Shown here piece after piece: positions 20,485 to 28,291 of a stretch of 64,000 nucleotides of DNA. Origin of the DNA: Ignavibacteria bacterium. Lineage in GTDB: Bacteria; Bacteroidota; Ignavibacteria; Kapaibacteriales; UBA4661. Location: contig JACVZY010000106.1 in NCBI GenBank assembly GCA_014654705.1, positions 2,083 through 66,082 on the forward strand, given 5' to 3'. The notes beneath the pieces are model-generated. The model was given only the letters and a program-made list of their open reading frames with translations. It searched no databases and was not told where the DNA came from. A program made the translations under genes and the position numbers. Position 1 is the first letter of the stretch; each line of letters starts with the position of its first letter.

Positions 20485-20526
20485 ATTGAGTCTAACTCCA
20501 GAGATAGAAATAAAAGAGAAGATGAA

Positions 20527-22032
20527 TTAATTCCAAGAAAATGCTTGCGTGATGATTTCCTGCTGGGGTGCGGGTGTATGTGCGGCTTGCTGCCGACGGT
20601 TTCGGTTTGGTTTGAATTGTCCGGCAGTCAGTTTGACGATATTTTTAATCATTGATTCAATGCCTTGTATTCCCCATGCGGTCTCGCCCATGGTGATAGA
20701 CGTGTATTCGGTAATGGCAATAATGCTGTTGACGCTTTCGGTCATCGCTTTCATCACACGGGTTTGGTCTTCATTATTCAGCGATATACGCCCAATAACA
20801 TCTGCCATATAGTTGATGCGCTCAATAATATTCAGCAGCGATTGTTCCGACCGTGCGGCATCGTTCCTGCGTTCGGTGATTTCTGTGTGTACGATTGCTG
20901 TTTCTTCGGTTGCCAGCGCAATCTGACTTTGTATCTTTTTAATTGTTTTCGTGATTTCTTTGGTGGCAGATTGGGTACGCTCTGCAAGCTGACGAACTTC
21001 GTCTGCGACCACTGCAAACCCTCGACCATGCGCACCTGCTCTAGCGGCTTCAATAGCGGCATTGAGCGCAAGAAGATTGGTTCTGTCCGCCACTTCGGTT
21101 ATCACAACCGCCATATCTCCTATAGCCGCACTGCTGGCGGTCAGAGCGGTGATGGCATCGGAGGCGCGTCGGACAGCACCTGTAATGCTTTCAATTCCCA
21201 TCATCATTTCATGTACCGATGCGCCACCTTCCTTAGCTTCCAGCTTTGCCCGTAAGGCTTCTTCTACGGCGGCTTCCACACATTCGGTATTCGTTTCCAT
21301 GACCAATTTCATCTGCTGTATTGCGGAGCTAATAGATTGCGTTTGCTTCGTTGTATTTTGAAGCATCTCCTCAGAAAGTTCTTCCGTGCGCTGTGCCAGT
21401 GCGATTGCGGAGCGGAGAGTCGAGCCGCCCGTGTCCAGAATGGACTGCACGAAATTGTCCATTTTGTGCATGATGCGAGCAAAGGCATTCGAGACGGATT
21501 GTACTTGCTCTGTCATTACTTCTTCTTCTACCGGAGCAGCCTGCTCTCCAGCGGCTCTGTAATCCATATTCGAGATAATAATGGCAATGTCATGCTCCAG
21601 CGAGCGGCACAGATCCTGAGTTGCTAATAGTAACTCTTTGTCGTTGTCTTTGGCTTCTTTTTGCTCGTTCAAGGCTTGCTGGAATGATTCTTGCGCCAGC
21701 GCTGCATTTTTTTTCTCTCTTGCAAGGTGATGTTGAGCTTGCCCACGGCTGATAAAGAGCGCTGCCGCCACAGAGAAGAGAGCAATTTCGATGAGGTAAT
21801 GGAGTGGAGAAAAAAATGCTGCCACAGCGCTCAGAACAAGTACTATTGCTAATGCGGCGGCAAGTTGTTTGCAAAGCACGTCAAAGGCATTATTGTCAAC
21901 GGCAAGTTTTGGAACTGCTTGGGAATATATCCAAGCCCTCAAAAGGTGGTACTGTCGGACAAAAGAGTTTTTCCCAATACTCTTTTTAAGCGGCGTGCCG
22001 TAAATAATCGCATGGTGTATCGTTTGTTTCAT
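20527..22032 (-). CDS. Methyl-accepting chemotaxis protein lacking a periplasmic sensor (two adjacent TM helices, then cytoplasmic signalling domain)
   Basis: A 55-aa cytoplasmic N-terminus. TM1 [18 protein letters not shown] and TM2 [15 protein letters not shown] are separated by about 6 residues. Conserved tip [34 protein letters not shown]. Confidence 0.8.
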   Translation of the reverse strand: MKQTIHHAIIYGTPLKKSIGKNSFVRQYHLLRAWIYSQAVPKLAVDNNAFDVLCKQLAAALAIVLVLSAVAAFFSPLHYLIEIALFSVAAALFISRGQAQHHLAREKKNAALAQESFQQALNEQKEAKDNDKELLLATQDLCRSLEHDIAIIISNMDYRAAGEQAAPVEEEVMTEQVQSVSNAFARIMHKMDNFVQSILDTGGSTLRSAIALAQRTEELSEEMLQNTTKQTQSISSAIQQMKLVMETNTECVEAAVEEALRAKLEAKEGGASVHEMMMGIESITGAVRRASDAITALTASSAAIGDMAVVITEVADRTNLLALNAAIEAARAGAHGRGFAVVADEVRQLAERTQSATKEITKTIKKIQSQIALATEETAIVHTEITERRNDAARSEQSLLNIIERINYMADVIGRISLNNEDQTRVMKAMTESVNSIIAITEYTSITMGETAWGIQGIESMIKNIVKLTAGQFKPNRNRRQQAAHTPAPQQEIITQAFSWN

Positions 22033-22074
22033 GATTTAGCCCTCCAGCAGACATCAAGAATAAAAAAGAAAAAG

Positions 22075-22857
22075 TTACTGACTGAGTTTGGGGTGGTGCT
22101 CCTCGACGCGGCGTATAAAGTCCGCTTTTTGCGCCCGCGAGACAGGCAGTATCTCGCTATTCGACATTCGTACAATTCCCTCTTTTCCGTCGTGTTCCCA
22201 CTGAGCAACGTGATGGATATTGATGATGTGCGAGCGGTGAATACGCAAAAAGATATTGTGTGGCAGCCAGTGTTCCCACTCTGCCAGTATATCTATCGAA
22301 AGAAGCGCCGGGCGCTCGTGTCGAGCTATTCGGGTATAGCCATAATGCCCAGAGCAGGCAATAATTTCCGTAAAATAGGTATTGATATTACCTCGGGTGG
22401 ACTTGATGATAACTGAGGTTGGAGCGGTTTTTTGCTGAAGTTCCAAGCGGCTTTTGTAGTCGCGGACTTCTTGCAAGAGACGCAATTTTGCGCGTGCCCG
22501 TTCTACAGCTGTGCAGAGTTTTTCGACATCAAATGGTTTCAGCAGATACCCCTTCGAGTCGTAGTCGAATGCCTCAAGCGCAAATTGGCTGTACGAACTC
22601 ATCATAATCACTGCAAAGTCGTTAGCATCAAAAGCATCAAGTACCTCAAAGCCTGTTGTATCGGTAAGCTGTACGTCCATGAACACAATATCAGGCTTGT
22701 GGTCGTAGATATTACGAACAGCATCGTGAAATGATGACGCTTCTCCCACTACTTCTATATCGGGGCAGTATTCTTGAAGCAGCAAAACGAGTGTTTTGCG
22801 AATGAGTTCGTCATCGTCAACAATGACGGTGCGCAGTGTGGTGTCTTGTTGGTTCAT
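22075..22857 (-). CDS. LytTR-family response regulator (REC + LytTR)
   Basis: LRTVIVDDDELIRKTLVLLLQEY.. receiver with DVQLTDTTGFEVL. LytTR C-terminal domain (IIKSTRGNINTYFTEIIACSGHYGYTRI..IHRSHIINI). Confidence 0.85.
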   Translation of the reverse strand: MNQQDTTLRTVIVDDDELIRKTLVLLLQEYCPDIEVVGEASSFHDAVRNIYDHKPDIVFMDVQLTDTTGFEVLDAFDANDFAVIMMSSYSQFALEAFDYDSKGYLLKPFDVEKLCTAVERARAKLRLLQEVRDYKSRLELQQKTAPTSVIIKSTRGNINTYFTEIIACSGHYGYTRIARHERPALLSIDILAEWEHWLPHNIFLRIHRSHIINIHHVAQWEHDGKEGIVRMSNSEILPVSRAQKADFIRRVEEHHPKLSQ

Positions 22858-22949
22858 AATAATAACCGTTCCCTCTTTTTTCGATAGCGTAATAGCGTGT
22901 CTTAGCCGAGTACAAATTACGGTATTTCAGCACTTGCGACAAAACTCTC

Positions 22950-22985
22950 CCGATGAACTGTCCTCTTTTTCCGATGAACTGTCCT
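22950..22985. promoter_or_regulatory. Tandem direct repeats (ccgatgaactgtcct x2, 21-bp period) in the divergent promoter between the LytTR regulator and the TPR kinase; candidate LytTR-type binding site
   Basis: Read directly: 22950-22964 and 22971-22985 are identical 15-mers separated by ctttttc. The spurious ORF start at 22953 (MNCPLFPMNCP) is a translation of this repeat. Confidence 0.35.
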
Positions 22986-23063
22986 GTGAAATGTGTAACG
23001 TTTTTACTAAATTGGTATCAGCACCACACTTTGTTAGGCATATCACGCATATTCACTATATCC

Positions 23064-25376
23064 ATGAGTAAGCAATACATTCTATCTTGGGGAAATCTTT
23101 CCTTTTGCGCCGTTCAAAAATTCCTTCTCTTGGCGATATGCTCGGTTGTATCTATCGTACCACTATCAGCACAAACGCCTGTTCTGGACTCACTGACAGC
23201 CGTTCTTCGCTCAAGCGATGCAGCAAATAGAAACGATACCGGCATGGTCAACCTTCTCAATCAGTTGTCAGTAGAAATCCGTCCGTCCAATGTGGAACAA
23301 TCCCTTTTGTATGCCCAGCGTGCGGAGGACATTGCATCTAAAATTTCATTTGCAAATGGTCTGGCTATGTCGTACACGAACATGGGTATTGCTTTGTGGA
23401 AGCAAGGAAAACTTGCTCCGGCATTGGATTTGCATACCAAAGCCCACAAAATCTATCGAGAAGCAGGTAATAAAAAGGGTATTACCAAAGCATTGAACAA
23501 TATTGGACTTATTTATGACAATCGGCATCAACCGGATATTGCAATTCGCTATTACGCAGATGCACTCAAGTTAGCCGAAGAAATACAAGATAAAGGCATG
23601 CAATCTCTTTTACTGACCAATTTAGGCGCACTCAATGCCGACAGAGGTCAGTACGAGCAGGCATTGGAATATCATTTGAAGGGATTAAAGTTAAAAGAAG
23701 AACTTGCAGATACGCGGCGTATGTGGTCGTCCGTCATTGGTATCGCAATAGTCTATGGACAGTTAAAACGCTATGAAGAATCATTGGCGTTTTACCAGCG
23801 CGGACGGGAACTTGCTCGCAATATCGGCGACAAAGAAGGGGAAGCAATGGTGCTGGGTAATATTGCCGACCTCTATAACGCTATTGGGAAGAGAAGTGAG
23901 GCATTGGAAGCCGCTAGAGCATCACTGGCAATAGGAGAAAAAGAAAAATTTCTGATGGTGCAAGAAGGGGCACTGCGGAGTTTATCGCAGATTCTTGAAT
24001 CATCGGGGCAAGATAAACAGGCACTCACGTATTACAAACAATTTGCCGCCGTGCGTGATTCTATCTTCTCGCAAGAAAACAACGACAAACTCGCCAAACT
24101 CTACACCGAGTATGAGACCCAAAAAAAAGAGCAGCAGATTCAGCTACTCGAACAGTCCCGTAAACTCGATCTCTTCTGGCGCTATGGATTGATGACAGGC
24201 GTAGTTTTTCTGACGCTTCTGGTGATTCTCCTTCTGAATCGTTACAGCCTCAAGCAGCGTTCAGAACAAGCACTTACCGAGAAGAATGCCTCACTATCGG
24301 AAGCCAATTCTGAAATTCTTCGGCAGCAAGAAATTCTTGTGGAGCAGGCGCAAAGCATCCAGATTGCTAATACCCAATTGCAAGAAACTATCGTTCAGCT
24401 CCAGCGCACCAACCAAGACTTAGAGGAGGCAAATGCTGTCAAAATGAAGTTCCTACACCTTGCTACGAATGATCTGGCGAACTTCCTTTCCGCATTAGAT
24501 AATGCATCGCAATCCTTCGATGATACGAGCAAAGATTCAGAAAACAGGCTGCAACTCTCAACGCTCTTGCAATCAACAAAAAGTATGCACGCAGTGATGA
24601 TGGACGTACTGCAAACAAACGCTCAGCTGGAGCAGGAAAACGAAATCAAGATTAAACTCCTAAGCATTGTGGCGCACGATCTGCGCAACCCACTCACCTC
24701 AATCTTGGGACTCGCTCGGCTCCTGCTCAGTGGTGGTCTTGCCAAGCCGAATGCGTCTGAACTGGTGAATATGATTATTACCTCGTCTGAAAATATGTAT
24801 CGGCTTATCAGCGACCTATTGGACAACACGGCGCTGCAACTAGGCAAATTGGAGCTGAATCTCCAAGCGATGAACATGACAGAATTATGCCAAGAAATGA
24901 TCGAGCAATACCGCCCTGGCGCAGAGCGCAAGCGACAGCATATTGAAGCGTCGTGCGAGCCTTCGTGCTTCATCATGGGCGACTGGCGGCGCATCGTGCA
25001 GGTGATTGATAATCTGCTGAGCAATGCGGTCAAATACTCACCCTTCGATACGCAAATGTTCGTCCTCTTGCAAAAATCAGGCGATATGATCCGACTGGAA
25101 GTCCGCGATGAAGGACCGGGCTTGACCGAAGAGGATAAACAAAAATTATTTGGTTTCTTTCAACGTCTGTCCGCACGCCCCACAGGCGGCGAATCATCAA
25201 GCGGTGTTGGCTTGTCCAGCGTCAAGAAAATAGTGGAACTGCACGGCGGTCGTGTTTGGGCTGAGAGTTTATACGGCGACGGCACAACGTTTGTCGTTGA
25301 GTTGCCAGCAGTGCCTACTATCGACGACCATGTGATGATTTCTGCGCAAGCGCAAGAACAAACGCAAGAAAACTGA
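23064..25376 (+). CDS. Sensor histidine kinase with secreted TPR sensor module, TM, S-helix coiled coil, HisKA, HATPase
   Basis: Signal peptide MSKQYILSWGNLSFCAVQKFLLLAICSVVSIVPLSAQ. Multiple TPRs (YTNMGIALWKQGKLAPALDLHTKA..). A TM (GLMTGVVFLTLLVILLL). EILRQQEILVEQAQSIQIAN helix. LLSIVAHDLRNPLTS H-box. HATPase (DEGPGL, GVGLSSVKKIVELHGG). Confidence 0.8.
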   Translation: MSKQYILSWGNLSFCAVQKFLLLAICSVVSIVPLSAQTPVLDSLTAVLRSSDAANRNDTGMVNLLNQLSVEIRPSNVEQSLLYAQRAEDIASKISFANGLAMSYTNMGIALWKQGKLAPALDLHTKAHKIYREAGNKKGITKALNNIGLIYDNRHQPDIAIRYYADALKLAEEIQDKGMQSLLLTNLGALNADRGQYEQALEYHLKGLKLKEELADTRRMWSSVIGIAIVYGQLKRYEESLAFYQRGRELARNIGDKEGEAMVLGNIADLYNAIGKRSEALEAARASLAIGEKEKFLMVQEGALRSLSQILESSGQDKQALTYYKQFAAVRDSIFSQENNDKLAKLYTEYETQKKEQQIQLLEQSRKLDLFWRYGLMTGVVFLTLLVILLLNRYSLKQRSEQALTEKNASLSEANSEILRQQEILVEQAQSIQIANTQLQETIVQLQRTNQDLEEANAVKMKFLHLATNDLANFLSALDNASQSFDDTSKDSENRLQLSTLLQSTKSMHAVMMDVLQTNAQLEQENEIKIKLLSIVAHDLRNPLTSILGLARLLLSGGLAKPNASELVNMIITSSENMYRLISDLLDNTALQLGKLELNLQAMNMTELCQEMIEQYRPGAERKRQHIEASCEPSCFIMGDWRRIVQVIDNLLSNAVKYSPFDTQMFVLLQKSGDMIRLEVRDEGPGLTEEDKQKLFGFFQRLSARPTGGESSSGVGLSSVKKIVELHGGRVWAESLYGDGTTFVVELPAVPTIDDHVMISAQAQEQTQEN

Positions 25377-25394
25377 ATTGAAGAAGGATAATCA

Positions 25395-26519
25395 ATGCCT
25401 AGCATAAACGTTTCCAGCGAAACAACTCTCACCGTCCCCAAAACACAAGGCATCAAGTACGCCGGTTCAAAACTCAAAATTCTGCCTTCTATTTTGGATG
25501 TTCTTGCGCCGCTTGGTGCGCGGACGGCGCTGGATGGCTTTAGTGGTTCTACGCGGGTTAGTCAAGCGCTGGCGCAGTGCGGCTTTCACGTTACTTCCAG
25601 CGATAGTGCTGTGTGGTCGGAAGTATTTGCAACCTGTTTTCTTCTCAACACTCGCCCTCGTGAGTATTATGCCGATATTATCCGGCATCTCAACTCTTTA
25701 GAAGGTTATCACGGCTGGTTCAGTGAGCATTATGGCGGTAGCGCGGATGTACAACCCGACAAGTCGGGCGAAAAAAGACCATTTCAACTTCACAACACCC
25801 GAAAACTGGATGCCATCAGGAACGAAATTGACCGTATGGGGTTGGACGAAGTAGAAAAAGCCGTAGCGCTCACAAGTCTTATCTTCGCGCTGGACTCAGT
25901 GGACAATACGCTTGGGCACTATGCTGCGTATCTGTCCGATTGGTCGGCGCGGTCGTACAAGACGATGACCTTGCGAATACCGGACGTGCATCTCAATACG
26001 GCAGAGCATCGGGTCGTGAAGGGTGATATTTTTGATACCATCGGGCGGTATGAATTTGACGTTGCTTACTTCGACCCGCCCTACGGCTCGAACAATGACA
26101 AAATGCCGCCAAGCCGTGTTCGGTATTCGTCGTATTATCACATTTGGACGACCGTCATCAAAAACGACAAGCCTGCGCTTTTTGGCAAGGTAAATAGACG
26201 TGTGGACACGCGCGACAGCGTGGCAGCATCGGTCTTTGAAGAATTTCGCAAGGACAGCGAGGGAAGTTTTATCGCCATGCAAGCTATTAAGCGGCTGATT
26301 GAGGAAACGGCAGCCCGCCACATTGTGCTGTCGTACAGTTCCGGTGGCAGGGCAACGAAAGAGGAGTTGTACTCTATTTTGAACGCTTCGGGCACAATTC
26401 TCAAAGCAATAGAAATTGATTACAAAAAGAACGTCATGGGTGCAATGCGCTGGACAAACGAGTGGATTACCAGCGACGGCGCATACAGCGAATATCTGTT
26501 TCTGCTGGAAAAATCCTAA
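25395..26519 (+). CDS. N6-adenine DNA methyltransferase, D12 class (Dam-like), orphan
   Basis: IKYAGSKLKILPSI (Dam motif X K[WY]AGGK), DGFSGSTRV (motif I, FxGxG-like), FDPPYGS (motif IV DPPY). 374 aa with an approximately 150-aa C-terminal extension. No restriction-endonuclease-like ORF is adjacent. Encoded 18 bp after the kinase stop. Confidence 0.7.
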   Translation: MPSINVSSETTLTVPKTQGIKYAGSKLKILPSILDVLAPLGARTALDGFSGSTRVSQALAQCGFHVTSSDSAVWSEVFATCFLLNTRPREYYADIIRHLNSLEGYHGWFSEHYGGSADVQPDKSGEKRPFQLHNTRKLDAIRNEIDRMGLDEVEKAVALTSLIFALDSVDNTLGHYAAYLSDWSARSYKTMTLRIPDVHLNTAEHRVVKGDIFDTIGRYEFDVAYFDPPYGSNNDKMPPSRVRYSSYYHIWTTVIKNDKPALFGKVNRRVDTRDSVAASVFEEFRKDSEGSFIAMQAIKRLIEETAARHIVLSYSSGGRATKEELYSILNASGTILKAIEIDYKKNVMGAMRWTNEWITSDGAYSEYLFLLEKS

Positions 26520-26726
26520 AGGCTGAAAGAACAATCAATACCTCCCCGTGTGAGACAAGTCTTTGCGCGGGTTTTTGCGTTTTTATAGCGAGGATTGGCG
26601 GTACAAAAAAAATTGCTCAAAACTGCATCATTGCGTAAGTTGAAGTTTGTTCACCGTCCGATTCACAAACCTGTTTTTGTGCCATTGGAACAGTTCTTAC
26701 ACAAAACATTGAATTCAAGAAGCACT

Positions 26727-28190
26727 ATGTTCAAAAAAATCCTCATTGCCAATCGTGGCGAAATCGCACTGCGCATCATCAAGACGTGCCGCAAAATGGG
26801 CATTGCCACTGTCGCTATTTATTCCGATGCCGACCGCCAGTCGCTGCACGTCAAAGAAGCAGACGAAGCTATTGCTATTGGTGGTTTTACGCCACGCGAG
26901 AGTTATTTGGTGATGGACAAAGTGCTCGATGCAGCAAAGAAAACGGGTGCCGAAGCGATTCATCCCGGTTACGGATTTCTTTCGGAGAACCACGATTTTG
27001 CACAACGTGTCGCCAAAGAAGGCATCGTATTTATCGGACCTTCGCCCGAAGCGATTGACCTTTTGGGCGATAAAACAGCCGCTCGTGCGCTTGCCGAAAA
27101 GTCGCACGTCCCCTTTGCGGCGGGTTCTACTCATGCCGTCGCTTCATATGCTGAGGTGCGCGAGTTTGCTGAGAATATCGGCTTTCCGGTGATTCTGAAG
27201 GCTGCCGCCGGTGGCGGTGGCAAGGGAATGCGTGTGGTCGAACAGATGGAAGACCTCGAAAGCGCATTAGCAGGCGCTCAGGGCGAAGCACTCACTGCAT
27301 TTGGCGATGACCGCGTTTTCATCGAAAAATATATTGTTCAGCCGCGCCACATTGAAATTCAAATTCTCGCCGATGAACATGGAACAGTGCTGTACTTCCC
27401 CGAACGCGAGTGTTCTATTCAGCGTCGGCATCAGAAAGTAGTGGAGGAATCTCCTTCCACAGCCATTACGCCCGAACTCCGTCAAGCAATGGGTGAAGCC
27501 GCTTCCCGCCTTGTACAGGCTGCCAAATATACCAATGCCGGGACGCTGGAATTTTTGCTTGATTCGTCGGGCAAATTTTACTTTATGGAAGTCAATACCC
27601 GTTTGCAGGTGGAACACGCTGTAACGGAAATGGTAACAGGACTGGACTTGGTGGAACAGCAACTCCGCATTGCCTCCGGCGAGAAACTGACGCTCACACA
27701 GGCAGATATTGTTCCGAAAGGACACGCTATTGAGTGCCGTATTTGCGTTGAGGATGTCTATAACGACTTTTTCCCTGATTCCGGTGTAATTTCGTATTTG
27801 TCGTTGCCTGAGGGCGAACACATCCGCAATGATTCAGCAATTTACGTAGGCTACGAAAGCGGGATTCACTACGATTCGATGGCAGCAAAGCTCATCGTCT
27901 GGGGGCACACTCGCGAAGAAGCTATTGAGCGGGTACTGTGGGCTTTGGACAATTACCACCTGAGCGGTTTCAATACAACTATTCCCTTTTGTAAATTTGC
28001 GATTGATTCCGCACCGTTTCGCACGGGAAAATACTCGACCTTTTTTGTGCAGGAGAATTGGCGCAAACAAGTTCCCGACGATATGCAAAATCTGATTGCC
28101 GCTGCCGCCGCTTTTACCCGAAGTGCTCTTGGCAATCGTCGGCAGCCGCGTTTTGCAGAAACAAGCCTTTGGGCGCAGCAGCATAGATAA
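26727..28190 (+). CDS. accC: Biotin carboxylase (acetyl-CoA carboxylase subunit or related biotin-dependent carboxylase)
   Basis: MFKKILIANRGEIALRIIKTCRKMGIATVAIYSDADR.. ATP-grasp (GFPVILKAAAGGGGKGMRVV), biotin carboxylase C-terminal domain (EHAVTEMVTGLDLVEQQLRIASGEKL). No accB was seen adjacent. Confidence 0.85.
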   Translation: MFKKILIANRGEIALRIIKTCRKMGIATVAIYSDADRQSLHVKEADEAIAIGGFTPRESYLVMDKVLDAAKKTGAEAIHPGYGFLSENHDFAQRVAKEGIVFIGPSPEAIDLLGDKTAARALAEKSHVPFAAGSTHAVASYAEVREFAENIGFPVILKAAAGGGGKGMRVVEQMEDLESALAGAQGEALTAFGDDRVFIEKYIVQPRHIEIQILADEHGTVLYFPERECSIQRRHQKVVEESPSTAITPELRQAMGEAASRLVQAAKYTNAGTLEFLLDSSGKFYFMEVNTRLQVEHAVTEMVTGLDLVEQQLRIASGEKLTLTQADIVPKGHAIECRICVEDVYNDFFPDSGVISYLSLPEGEHIRNDSAIYVGYESGIHYDSMAAKLIVWGHTREEAIERVLWALDNYHLSGFNTTIPFCKFAIDSAPFRTGKYSTFFVQENWRKQVPDDMQNLIAAAAAFTRSALGNRRQPRFAETSLWAQQHR

Positions 28191-28291
28191 CACAAAACAG
28201 CACCACAAAAACACGAAAAGAGTGTCTTACTCGTCTCTTATCTTTCACGGAATGTGAATTTCGTGTAAAATATTTTTCGGTTCAACACTTC

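Noticed and set aside
20665-21255. 196-aa plus-strand ORF, and other long antisense ORFs (27267-27821, 29570-30223, 49249-49923, 52053-52592, 56015-56677, 7691-8248, 8784-9464, 5281-5748)
   Set aside because: All are embedded antisense within genes that have strong family signatures (MCP, accC, kinases, aldehyde dehydrogenase, YfhO, desaturase, mutY, Omp85). They are low-complexity, Cys/Arg-rich, with no motifs.
26595-26726. N-terminal 44-aa extension of accC from the upstream start at 26595
   Set aside because: The conserved biotin carboxylase N-terminus MFKKILIANRGEIA begins at the ATG at 26727. The extension has no counterpart in the family.
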